From the NCBI GenBank assembly GCA_963801165.1, contig CAWDDT010000006.1, positions 576,001 through 640,000 of the forward strand: a DNA stretch of 64,000 bases. Direction: 5' to 3'. The notes beneath the pieces were generated by a model. It saw only the letters and a program-made list of their open reading frames with translations, was not told where the DNA came from and searched no databases. Within the stretch, counting starts at the first letter, position 1. Every line of letters begins with the position of its first letter. Made by a program: the position numbers and the translations under genes. Origin of the DNA: an uncultured bacterium. Lineage in GTDB: Bacteria; Actinomycetota; Acidimicrobiia; Spongiisociales; UBA5794. Below, in pieces: positions 1-8,426 of this stretch.

Positions 1-2
1 AG

Positions 3-629
3 CTTGCGTCGTCGGGAGTGAAGGGAGAGAACCGGCGGACGATCGCCGCAGTGCTGGCGATCTCACTGGAACCGGCACAGGCAATCCGCCGTTGGACCGA
101 GGCGCGCCAGGCGCTCGCCGCGCTCGGGCTGGTTGGCGTCTATGCGGACGTCGCAGCTGCGTTTGGAGCGTCCGACCCGAGAGGCCCGCGGACCTTCGCC
201 CTCGCTTATGCCGCCCAGCGGCAGGCGCTCAGCCGCAGCAGCATCGACGACGCCGATCGCTTTGCCCCCGAGCTCGCCCACCAGGGCACCGGCGGTCAGA
301 CCGACTCGTGGAGTGGTCAGCCTATCCCTCGCGGTCTCATGCATTTCGACCCGTTCACGTTGCTGTTCTACCACTGGGTCATCACCAAGGGCAGCAGCGG
401 CGCCTACGGCTGGGAACCCACCTACCGGGACACGTCCTGGTCGCACGACTCCAGTTCATGGTGGGGCGGCGGTGGCGGTTTTGGCGGCTCCGGGTCGTGG
501 GGTGGCGGCTCGTCATGGGGCGGCGGCTCGTGGAGTAGCGGCAGCTTTGGCGGGTTCGGTGGCGGCGGGGGATTCGGAGGAGGAGGAGGAGGAGGAGGAG
601 GCGGCGGGGGCGGAGGCAGCAGTTGGTGA
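3..629 (+). CDS. Hypothetical protein with Gly/Ser/Trp-rich C-terminal tail (5' partial)
   Basis: Frame is open from the window edge; ends ...GGFGGGGGGGGGGGGGGSSW*, a tail type seen in DUF2207/TPM-like membrane proteins; TGA overlaps the next GTG. Confidence 0.6.
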   Translation, partial: LASSGVKGENRRTIAAVLAISLEPAQAIRRWTEARQALAALGLVGVYADVAAAFGASDPRGPRTFALAYAAQRQALSRSSIDDADRFAPELAHQGTGGQTDSWSGQPIPRGLMHFDPFTLLFYHWVITKGSSGAYGWEPTYRDTSWSHDSSSWWGGGGGFGGSGSWGGGSSWGGGSWSSGSFGGFGGGGGFGGGGGGGGGGGGGGSSW

Positions 630-1393
630 CGATCACGTCAACCGACAACCCCCGCATCAAGGCCATCGCCAAGCTGAAGAAACCCCGGGAGCGCCGACGA
701 ACCGGCCTCTTTCTGATCGAAGGTCACCGCGAGGTGGAGCGGGCAATCGCCGCCGGGCTCACCATCGACACGCTGGTGGTGTGTGATGAGCTGCTGGGGA
801 GCGCACAGGTGTCGACGGACCAACTCGATGTGCTGAGAGTATCAGCCGGGCCGATGGGCCGCATCGCTGTCAGGGGCAACCCACCCGGGGCGATCGCGGT
901 CGCCGAGCAATTCGTCACGCGACTAGAGGACCTGCAACTGAGTGAGAACCCGCTGGTGCTGATCGCTGAAGGCATCGAAAAACCGGGCAACCTGGGGGCG
1001 ATGATCCGTACCTGCGACGCCGCCGGGGCAGCTCTGGTGGTCGCCGATGCCGGGACCGATCTGTTCAACCCCAACGTCGTCAGGGCGTCGCAAGGCTCGC
1101 TGTTCACAGTCCCCATCGCCGTCGCCGAAGCCGGGCATGTGATCGACTGGCTCGCCACCCACGGAATCTCGGTCGTGGGTGGCTACCCGGATGCCCCGAA
1201 CACCCCCTGGGGCGCCGACCTGACAGGCCCGACCGCGGTGCTGGTGGGCGCCGAGGACGACGGCCTCTCCAGCATCTGGGACGGTGTGGCCGAGCCGGTG
1301 CGAATCCCGATGGCCGGGACCGCCGACAGCCTCAATGCGTCGGTATCGGCTGCGTTGCTGCTGTACGAAGCCGTGCGGCAACGCAGCCGCTGA
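626..1393 (+). CDS. TrmH/SpoU family RNA 2'-O-methyltransferase
   Basis: ITSTDNPRIK, EG.RE, IEKPGNLGAMIRT, GAEDDGL and IPMAGTADSLNASVSA SPOUT motifs; GTG at 626 overlaps the upstream stop (GTGA). Confidence 0.92.
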   Translation: MTITSTDNPRIKAIAKLKKPRERRRTGLFLIEGHREVERAIAAGLTIDTLVVCDELLGSAQVSTDQLDVLRVSAGPMGRIAVRGNPPGAIAVAEQFVTRLEDLQLSENPLVLIAEGIEKPGNLGAMIRTCDAAGAALVVADAGTDLFNPNVVRASQGSLFTVPIAVAEAGHVIDWLATHGISVVGGYPDAPNTPWGADLTGPTAVLVGAEDDGLSSIWDGVAEPVRIPMAGTADSLNASVSAALLLYEAVRQRSR

Positions 1394-1402
1394 CCGCTCC
1401 GA

Positions 1403-1450
1403 ACTCTTGCGTCGGAAACCGGAACATGTTCCGTTCTAGGACGCCAGAAC
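1403..1450. repeat. 48-bp palindromic REP-like element, copy A
   Basis: ACTCTTGCGTCGGAAACCGGAACATGTTCCGTTCTAGGACGCCAGAAC; aligns with copies at 2119, 2743 and 22249. Confidence 0.8.
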
Positions 1451-1456
1451 CAGGCT

Positions 1457-2008
1457 CTACGGCTTTGTGAGGGACCAGATCCCGTCGTCGCGCAGCATGC
1501 GGTTGATCAGGTCGAGGCGGTACACCGAGTTGCCGTAGTTGGCGGCCGCGGTCGTCTTGATGTGGAGCGGCGGACCGCCTCTCACGACGGCCGGGACATC
1601 ACGCACCCCCAGCTTGCGGATCTCCTCGCTGCCAGCGATCAACAAGTCCAGCCCCGGTTCCAGAGCCTGGGAGATCACCTCGTTGCCGTCGATTCCCGCC
1701 ACCCGGGCGGCCACGGCCAGCGTCGTGTCCTTGCAGGGATCGTCCGTCTCCTGGTAGCGCAGCGTCATCATTGTCACGTTGAACCGCTGCCACGCTTCGG
1801 GATGAGCCTCCCGAACCGCGGCACAGGCCGCCAATGCCCTCACCCTAGGCGGGATGGGTTGCTCCCGGTCGATATCGGCGACAAGGAACTCCTCCCATGT
1901 AACGCTCACGTTGACCGTGCTGTCGCGGGATGCCTTGAGCGCTGTCTGGTAGACACGCCACACGTCGTACGACTCAAAATCGAAGAAGATCCGGCCCGTG
2001 AAGTCCAT
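1457..2008 (-). CDS. DsbA/FrnE/GST-kappa-like thioredoxin-fold protein lacking CxxC (paralog 1)
   Basis: MDFTGRIFFDFES...GVRDVPAV (cis-Pro loop); 183 aa and collinear with 2173-2724, which fixes the start at ATG 2008. Confidence 0.7.
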   Translation of the reverse strand: MDFTGRIFFDFESYDVWRVYQTALKASRDSTVNVSVTWEEFLVADIDREQPIPPRVRALAACAAVREAHPEAWQRFNVTMMTLRYQETDDPCKDTTLAVAARVAGIDGNEVISQALEPGLDLLIAGSEEIRKLGVRDVPAVVRGGPPLHIKTTAAANYGNSVYRLDLINRMLRDDGIWSLTKP

Positions 2009-2118
2009 GGGAAGAGAGGCTAACGCGACACCGATTTCGATGTCACCGCCGTGCCATTCAACATGTTGGATTGGGACCAGCACGGCCGGGCATCACCGAA
2101 TACTCGCTGGCGTTCCGA

Positions 2119-2166
2119 ACTCCTGCGTCGGAAGCCGGAACATTTTCCGTTCTGGGACGCTAGAAC
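2119..2166. repeat. 48-bp palindromic REP-like element, copy B
   Basis: ACTCCTGCGTCGGAAGCCGGAACATTTTCCGTTCTGGGACGCTAGAAC; flanks (ccga...caggct) shared with copy A. Confidence 0.8.
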
Positions 2167-2172
2167 CAGGCT

Positions 2173-2724
2173 TTAGGGCTTGCTGAGCGACCACACCGCG
2201 TCGTCACGCAGCATGCGGTTGATCAGATCGAGCCGGTAGACCGCATTCCCGTAGCCGGCAGCGGGCGTCATCCGAACATGCACAGGTGGACCGTCTCGTA
2301 CAACGCTGGGAACATCGTGGACGCCAAGCGTGCGCGCCTCCTCGCTGGCTGCGATGAGGAGATCAAGCCCGGGATCGAGCGCTCGGGCGATGACCTCGTC
2401 ACCGTCGAGCCCGGCCACCCGCGCGGCAACCATCAGCGTCGCGTCCTTGCGGGGGTCGTCCTTCTGCTCGAAGATCAGCGTCAGCATCGCCTGGTTGAAG
2501 CGCTGCCAGGCGTCGGGGTGAACGTCCCGCACCGCGGCACAGGCGGCCAGCGCCCGCACCCTGGGCGGAATCGGTTCTTCACGGTCGATCTCCGCGCCGA
2601 GGAACTCCTCCCAGGTCACGCTGACGATGGCGTCGGCGTCCCGAGAAGCCTTGAGCGCCGTCTGATACAGACGCCAAACGTCGGCGCTCTCGAAGTCGAA
2701 GAAGATCCGGCCGGTGAACTCCAT
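2173..2724 (-). CDS. DsbA/FrnE/GST-kappa-like thioredoxin-fold protein lacking CxxC (paralog 2)
   Basis: MEFTGRIFFDFESADVWRLY...GVHDVPSV; close paralog of 1457-2008; TAGCCT -10 six nt before the ATG. Confidence 0.7.
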   Translation of the reverse strand: MEFTGRIFFDFESADVWRLYQTALKASRDADAIVSVTWEEFLGAEIDREEPIPPRVRALAACAAVRDVHPDAWQRFNQAMLTLIFEQKDDPRKDATLMVAARVAGLDGDEVIARALDPGLDLLIAASEEARTLGVHDVPSVVRDGPPVHVRMTPAAGYGNAVYRLDLINRMLRDDAVWSLSKP

Positions 2725-2742
2725 CCCGGCAGGCTACCCGCG

Positions 2743-2790
2743 ACTCTTGCGTCGGAAACCGGAACATATTCCGGTCTGCGACGCCAGAGT
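2743..2790. repeat. 48-bp palindromic REP-like element, copy C
   Basis: ACTCTTGCGTCGGAAACCGGAACATATTCCGGTCTGCGACGCCAGAGT; imperfect inverted repeat. Confidence 0.8.
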
Positions 2791-2802
2791 GCGTTTCGTT
2801 CC

Positions 2803-2831
2803 TTGACATCGAACATGTGTTCGACCATGCT
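2803..2831 (+). promoter_or_regulatory. SigA-type promoter with an actinobacterial LexA (SOS) box in the spacer
   Basis: TTGACA (2803-2808)-N17-CATGCT (2826-2831); TCGAAC-ATGT-GTTCGA at 2809-2824 is a perfect TCGAAC-N4-GTTCGA box. Confidence 0.88.
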
Positions 2832-2837
2832 GCCAAC

Positions 2838-4469
2838 GTGGCACTTCCCTACCAGCGCACGTTCGAGGATCTCGGTACCCCGCTTCACCAAGTCGCCTTT
2901 TGTGTGCTGGATCTGGAGACGACGGGAGGGTCGCCCGCCGACTGTGAGATCACCGAGGTGGGCGCCGTCAAGTACATCGGCGGCGAGCTGACCGGCACTT
3001 TCGACACACTGGTCAACCCGGGAGCGCCCATCCCCCCCACCATCACCGTCCTCACCGGGATCACCCAGGCGATGGTCATCGAAGCGCCCCGCATCGAAGA
3101 GGTGCTGCCCTCGCTGCTCGAGTTCATTGGCACCGCGGTGATCGTCGGCCACAACATCCGCTTCGACATGTCGTTTCTCAACGCAGCCGCGTTGCGACTC
3201 GGCTACGGCAGGCTCCCCAACCAGACCGTCGACACCCTGGGGCTGGCCCGCCGGCTCATCAACGGCGAGACCCGGAGGCTGAACCTGCGCAGCCTGGCCG
3301 CCCACTTCCGGTCCCCCATCGCCCCCAACCACCGCGCCGGCGCCGACGCCAAAGCGACCGCCCATGTCTTCTGGGAGCTGCTGGGACGCGCCGGCACCAT
3401 CGGGGTCACCCACCTCGACGATCTGTTGCGGCTGCCTACGGCAAAGGGCTCGCCGCATTACTCGAAGATCGAGCTGACCGAACGGCTCCCTCGCCGGCCC
3501 GGCGTGTACATGTTCCGGGACCGCGACGGCCACGTCATCTACGTCGGCAAAGCCAAGAATCTGCGCAGCCGGGTCCGCTCCTACTTCTACGGCGACAACC
3601 GGAGATCCGTCGCTCAGATGCTGCGAGACCTCGCCGACATCGACTTCATCGTCTGCAACACAGAGATCGAAGCCGAGATCACCGAGCTGCGGATGATCTA
3701 CGGCAACGCCCCCCGGTACAACCGCCGGTCACGCCCACCGAAGTCGCCCCAATATGTGAAGCTCACCGCCGAGGAGTTCCCCCGGCTCTCGACCGTGCGC
3801 ACCCTGCGCGACGACGGCTGCCTCTATCTCGGCCCTTTTCGCTCACGCCGCACCGCCACCACCGTGGTCAACGCCATTTGGGACGCAATCCCGATCAGGC
3901 GCTGCATCACCACCGGTGGCAAACGCAGCGCCGCCTGTAGCTTCGCCCAGCTCGGTGTCGCCGTGTGCCCGTGCGACGGCTCGATCGCCCCGGCCGAGTA
4001 CCACGAGATCGTCAGCCGTCTCGTCACCGGCGTTGAGGCAGAGCCGGGGGCTCTCCTCGAGCCGCTGGTGGAGCGGATCCGGGAATACGCCCGCACCGCC
4101 CGGTTCGAGGATGCCGCCGAGCTACGGGATCGGCACCAGGCGCTGAGCCGAGCCCTCGAGGATCGGCGCAACTGGGAGGTGCTGAACGGCGCCGGGCTGC
4201 TGTGGGCCGAGGATGGTACCGGCGACAGCATCCTGATCGAGAACGGCCGTCTCGTTGCCTCCTGGGCGACGCCCGACCAGCCACCGCTCGGCGCCAGCCG
4301 GGCCGGCCCCCCGTCGCCACACCACGTCCCCGAGTCGGTCGCCGTTGCCGAGGAGGCCCGGCTGCTGTGGCGATGGCTCGACCGGCCGGACGTCCGAATC
4401 GTCGAGACAACCCGTCCCCTGGCAACCCCGCGCCGCCCGGTTCCGGTGCTCTCGTCGCTGGCGGGGTGA
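2838..4469 (+). CDS. DEDDh exonuclease / GIY-YIG (UvrC-like) fusion nuclease (Rv2191-like)
   Basis: VLDLETTG, VGHNIRFD, HRAGADA exonuclease motifs; PGVYMF...IYVGKAKNLRSRVRSYF GIY-YIG; FEDAAELRD UVR motif; leaderless GTG at 2838. Confidence 0.9.
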   Translation: MALPYQRTFEDLGTPLHQVAFCVLDLETTGGSPADCEITEVGAVKYIGGELTGTFDTLVNPGAPIPPTITVLTGITQAMVIEAPRIEEVLPSLLEFIGTAVIVGHNIRFDMSFLNAAALRLGYGRLPNQTVDTLGLARRLINGETRRLNLRSLAAHFRSPIAPNHRAGADAKATAHVFWELLGRAGTIGVTHLDDLLRLPTAKGSPHYSKIELTERLPRRPGVYMFRDRDGHVIYVGKAKNLRSRVRSYFYGDNRRSVAQMLRDLADIDFIVCNTEIEAEITELRMIYGNAPRYNRRSRPPKSPQYVKLTAEEFPRLSTVRTLRDDGCLYLGPFRSRRTATTVVNAIWDAIPIRRCITTGGKRSAACSFAQLGVAVCPCDGSIAPAEYHEIVSRLVTGVEAEPGALLEPLVERIREYARTARFEDAAELRDRHQALSRALEDRRNWEVLNGAGLLWAEDGTGDSILIENGRLVASWATPDQPPLGASRAGPPSPHHVPESVAVAEEARLLWRWLDRPDVRIVETTRPLATPRRPVPVLSSLAG

Positions 4470-4482
4470 GTACCCTGCGGCC

Positions 4483-6489
4483 ATGAAGTTCATCGTGCGC
4501 AAAGGCACAGATCCCGTCGGCAGAGCAGATGCCGCGCTCCTCACCGCGCTCGGGTTGCCGGGCGGCGGGGTCGTCTCGCTGGGCAAGACCCACGTGATGG
4601 TCAGCCCGGGAGAGACCACGTCACCGACGGCCATCATGCTCGGCGAGAGAACGATGGCCAATGCCGCCGTGAGGATCGGCGACACCGTCGACGTCAAGCG
4701 AGCGCTGCTGCCGCCGGCACGCCGCGTTGTCATCTCCCACATCGACGCCGACATCGACGCTCGCCACCTGGCGCGATCCCTCCAGGGCATCCCCGTCTCC
4801 GAGGGCGACCGGGTCGCGGTGAAGGTGGGCTATGGCAAGGATGCGTCCCCCAAGCCGATCGAGGTCCAGATAACCTCCGTAACACCTGGCCCGTCGGCCG
4901 TGGTGGGCAGCGCCACGGTCGTTCACGAGCCGGGCGAGGAGACCCAGGACGTCGTCGCCCAGCCCGCCGGCTCGCCTGCGGGTGAGGAGCTGACGACGGC
5001 CCGTGCGCTGCTCGCCGGTCTCCAGACTGAGGTCGAGGTGATGACGGGGTGGCTCTCGCTGCTCACCGCCGAGGGCGACCTGCCCGAGGCCTGGGGTCTG
5101 CCCAAGGTCGCCGGGGTGCTCCTCGAGGGCCCGGCCGGGTGTGGCAAATCCGAGATTGTCTCCGCCGCTGCGCAGACCGTAGGCAGCCCCGTACGGGAGG
5201 TCTCGCTGGAGCTGGTATTCAAGCCGGAAAAGCTGCTCGAACTGCTCGAAAAGGCGGTGAACGACCCCGGGCGACCCTCGGTGATCTTTCTCGACCGGCT
5301 CGATGCAGTCGTCGGTGAGGATGCCCTCTTCCGCAATCAGGTGGCCGCGATCATGCGCTGGTTTCTCGACGCGGTCGCCGAGCGACCGCGGCTCGCCTGT
5401 GTTCTCGGCGTGTCCTCTGTGTCTCGCCTCCCCGAGTCGGTAGCCAAATCGGCGTTCCTGCCGAGAACGCTCAGCATCCCACCACCCGACCTGCAGCGGC
5501 GCGCCCTGCTCTTCGAGGCCGCCCTGGCCAAGGTCCCGAGCGCCGATATCGACTTCAACACTCTGGCAGCCCGCACCGCCGGCTTCTCCAGCGCTGATGT
5601 GCTCGCCGCCGTTGTCCACGCGTCTGCCCTGGTGGCGCAGAACGGCGGCGAGGTTACTTCCGAGCTGCTGACAAGAGCGATCGACGAGACCACGCCATCA
5701 CTGGGATCGGTGTCCCTGGGTGAGATGCCGAGCTACGGGTTCGAACGGGTCGCCAACCTCGAGGAGGTCAAGCAGCGGCTCACCGAGGCGGTCATCTGGC
5801 AGATGAAGGAGCCGGAACGGTTCGCCCGGCTCGGGATCGAGCCACCGCGGGGCCTTCTTCTCTACGGTCCGCCGGGCACCGGCAAGACATTCGTCATCCG
5901 CGCCCTGGCTCACGAGAGCGGCGCCGCATTCTTCCCCGTCAAGGGAGCCGAGCTCCTCGACAAATACGTGGGCGAATCGGAGCGGGCGGTACGTGAGGTG
6001 TTCGCCCGGGCCCGGGCCGTTGCTCCCGCGATTCTGTTCTTCGACGAGATCGACGCACTGGCGCCGGTGCGGGGCAATTCAACAAACTCGGTGACCGACT
6101 CGGTGGTCGCTGCTCTGCTCACCGAGCTCGACGGCGTCGCCGACCGTGGTGACGTGTTCGCCATCGGCGCCACCAACCGGCGCGACCTGGTCGACCCGGC
6201 GTTGCTCCGATCGGGCCGGCTGGAGACGCACCTGTTCCTCGGGCTGCCGAAGGCCGAGTCGCGACGGGCGTTCTTCAACATCTCGGACGTGCCCCTCGCC
6301 GAAGACGTCGACGTCGAGAAGGTCATCGAGGCCACGGACGGGCTGTCCTTCGCCGATCTGTCCGGGATGCTCCGGGAGGCGGCACTCGGTGCGCTGCGGC
6401 GCGACTCCACTGCGCTTGCGGTCACCGAGGTCGACATCGACGCGGCGATCGCTCACTTCCGCGAGAAGGATCAGCCGGCAGCAACCTGA
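4483..6489 (+). CDS. Cdc48-like AAA+ ATPase (Cpa-like)
   Basis: Two AAA modules: GPAGCGKS / IFLDRLD and GPPGTGKT / LFFDEID, ATNRRDLVDPALLRSGRLE; TACCCT -10 six nt before ATG 4483. Confidence 0.88.
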   Translation: MKFIVRKGTDPVGRADAALLTALGLPGGGVVSLGKTHVMVSPGETTSPTAIMLGERTMANAAVRIGDTVDVKRALLPPARRVVISHIDADIDARHLARSLQGIPVSEGDRVAVKVGYGKDASPKPIEVQITSVTPGPSAVVGSATVVHEPGEETQDVVAQPAGSPAGEELTTARALLAGLQTEVEVMTGWLSLLTAEGDLPEAWGLPKVAGVLLEGPAGCGKSEIVSAAAQTVGSPVREVSLELVFKPEKLLELLEKAVNDPGRPSVIFLDRLDAVVGEDALFRNQVAAIMRWFLDAVAERPRLACVLGVSSVSRLPESVAKSAFLPRTLSIPPPDLQRRALLFEAALAKVPSADIDFNTLAARTAGFSSADVLAAVVHASALVAQNGGEVTSELLTRAIDETTPSLGSVSLGEMPSYGFERVANLEEVKQRLTEAVIWQMKEPERFARLGIEPPRGLLLYGPPGTGKTFVIRALAHESGAAFFPVKGAELLDKYVGESERAVREVFARARAVAPAILFFDEIDALAPVRGNSTNSVTDSVVAALLTELDGVADRGDVFAIGATNRRDLVDPALLRSGRLETHLFLGLPKAESRRAFFNISDVPLAEDVDVEKVIEATDGLSFADLSGMLREAALGALRRDSTALAVTEVDIDAAIAHFREKDQPAAT

Positions 6490-7181
6490 GCCTCGGCGAG
6501 AGTGAACCTGCCGTCGTACAGGGCGCGACCAACGATGGCGGCTTCTACATCGAGACCGGCCAGCGCCGTGACGTCATCGAGTGACCCCACTCCCCCGGAT
6601 GCGATCAGCGCCAGATCGGGAGCGAGCTCGATCACTTTGGCGAGAAGCCCGACATCAGGCCCACCCAGCGTTCCGTCCGTTGTGATGCCGGTCGCCAGCG
6701 CCCGCACCACACCCGCCGCGGTCAGGTCGGCGAGGACATCGACGAGATCCCGACCCTCGTCGAGCCACCCGGCGCCAGTCGCCTTGCCGGCGCGCACGTC
6801 GATCGCCGCCACGACCCGCTCGGCACCGATCGCAGCAACGATCTCAGCGACTACCCCCGGCTCCCAAACGGCTGCAGTGCCGAGCACCACCCGGGCGGCA
6901 CCAGCCGCGATGACGTCTTCGGCGACAGACACCGAGCGGATACCACCTCCGATCTGAAAGGGCACACCGGTGCTGCCGAGACGTCGCCACGCCCCCCGAT
7001 CACCGGAACCATCACGCGCCCCGGCCAGATCGACGACGTGCACGATGGGGGCTCCCTGCTCGCCCCAAGAGAGGAGCTGCTGCGCCGGATCGTCGCCGTA
7101 CACGGTGACGTCGTCGTATTCGCCACGTCGCAGCCGAACCACCTTCCCGCCGAGCATGTCGACCGCCGGTATCACATACAA
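6471..7181 (-). CDS. hisA: ProFAR isomerase HisA
   Basis: VIPAVDMLGGKVVRL, HVVDLAGA, QIGGGIRS, DGTLGGPD, IASGGV, AIVGRALY; divergent from the his operon. Confidence 0.93.
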   Translation of the reverse strand: MYVIPAVDMLGGKVVRLRRGEYDDVTVYGDDPAQQLLSWGEQGAPIVHVVDLAGARDGSGDRGAWRRLGSTGVPFQIGGGIRSVSVAEDVIAAGAARVVLGTAAVWEPGVVAEIVAAIGAERVVAAIDVRAGKATGAGWLDEGRDLVDVLADLTAAGVVRALATGITTDGTLGGPDVGLLAKVIELAPDLALIASGGVGSLDDVTALAGLDVEAAIVGRALYDGRFTLAEAQVAAG

Positions 7182-7206
7182 TTGCGTACTCCAGACTTGT
7201 ATTTCT

Positions 7207-7232
7207 GTGCTAACGTGTTAAAACATTAGTGC
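7207..7232. promoter_or_regulatory. Putative tandem TrpR-family (HisR/YerC) operator
   Basis: AT-rich overlapping imperfect palindromes GTGCTAACGTGTTAAAAC (7207-7224) and GTGTTAAAACATTAGTGC (7215-7232), offset by 8 bp, between hisA and yerC. Confidence 0.55.
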
Positions 7233-7262
7233 ATCTCGCCGATCAAACGAAAGGAGGCGACC

Positions 7263-7577
7263 ATGGTGATGGAAACAGAGGACTGGCGCAACGACGCTAC
7301 CGCGGCCCTCTTCGACGCCGTCGTCTCCCTGGATACCCGGGAGGAAGCGGCGCACTTCTTCCGCGACCTGTGCACCCGGCGTGAGTTGGAGGAGATGTCG
7401 CAGCGGTGGGCCGTCGTCCGCAAGCTCGCCGGCAACCGCCCCTACCGCGAGATCGCATCCGAGACCGGAGTGTCGACCGCCACCATCGTCCGCATCAACC
7501 AATGGCTCCGCCACGGGACCGGCGGCTACCAGCAGATGCTCGATAGGCTCGACCGCCTCAACCAGGAGACACCATGA
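7263..7577 (+). CDS. YerC/YecD family TrpR-related repressor (HisR)
   Basis: FFRDLCT..EL..MSQRW...YREIASETGVSTATIVRINQWL..GTGGY; SD AAGGAGG; first gene of the his operon. Confidence 0.9.
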   Translation: MVMETEDWRNDATAALFDAVVSLDTREEAAHFFRDLCTRRELEEMSQRWAVVRKLAGNRPYREIASETGVSTATIVRINQWLRHGTGGYQQMLDRLDRLNQETP

Positions 7578-8426
7578 CCGTCCGTCTCGCCGTCCCCAAC
7601 AAGGGACGTCTCCAGCAACCAGCGGCAGCCATGCTCGAACAGGGCGGCTTCTCCTACGAGAAGACCGAGCGGGCACTGGCAGTTCCCGTCCGCAACATGG
7701 ACCTCGAGGTGCTCTTCGTGCGCACCGACGACGTCGCCGAGTTCGTTGCAGACGGTGTCGCCGACCTCGGCATCACCGGCATCGACCTGCTCACCGAGGG
7801 TGGCACAGACCTCGAGATCATCGAGAGACTCGGCTTTGGCCACTGCCGGCTCACCTCCGCCGTCCCCAGGGCATCTGACATCCGGTCGCTCGAGGAGCTG
7901 AACGGAGCCCGCGTGGCGACCTCGCACCCGGTCACCACCAAGCGATTCTTCGCAGGGCGTGGCATCGATATCACCATTGTGCCGCTCAGTGGGTCGGTCG
8001 AGGTCGCCCCGAAGCTCGACATCGCCGACGCCGTCGTCGACCTGGTATCTAGCGGCTCCACCATGCTGATCAACGGCCTCCGCCCCCTCGAGGACATCCT
8101 CGAGTCACAGGCCGTACTCGTAGGTCGGCACGGCGCCGCCACCGCCAACGGGACCATCGGCCAGGTCGTCCTGACGATCCAGTCGGTGGTCGCCGCCCGC
8201 CGCAAGCGCTACGTCATGATGAACGCACCGGAGACGGCGGTTGCAGCCATCGAGGCGCTGATCCCGGGCTTCGAGGCGCCTACCGTCATCCCGCTCGCCC
8301 ACGAGGGCATGGTTGCCGTGCACTCGGTCGTCGACTCGAGCGCGATTGGGCCGGGTCCTCCCCGAGCTCAAGGAAGCGGGTGCCAGCGGCATCCTGGTTC
8401 TCCCCATCGACCAACTCATCGCATGA
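7574..8426 (+). CDS. hisG: ATP phosphoribosyltransferase, long form (+1 frameshift near 8347-8355)
   Basis: LAVPNKGRL, ADLGITG.D, LSGSVEVAP, DLVSSGSTM..NGL; canonical C-terminus VLPELKEAGASGILVLPIDQLIA* lies in the +1 frame and ends at TGA 8424-8426. Confidence 0.9.

Noticed and set aside
1421-1432. SOS box within the REP-like element (GGAACATGTTCC)
   Set aside because: Spacing is GAAC-N2-GTTC, not the N4 LexA needs, and the other copies deviate.
1403-2790. Integron attC cassette array or CRISPR
   Set aside because: No convincing RYYYAAC/GTTRRRY ends, no integrase, and the intervening genes are paralogs with their own promoters.
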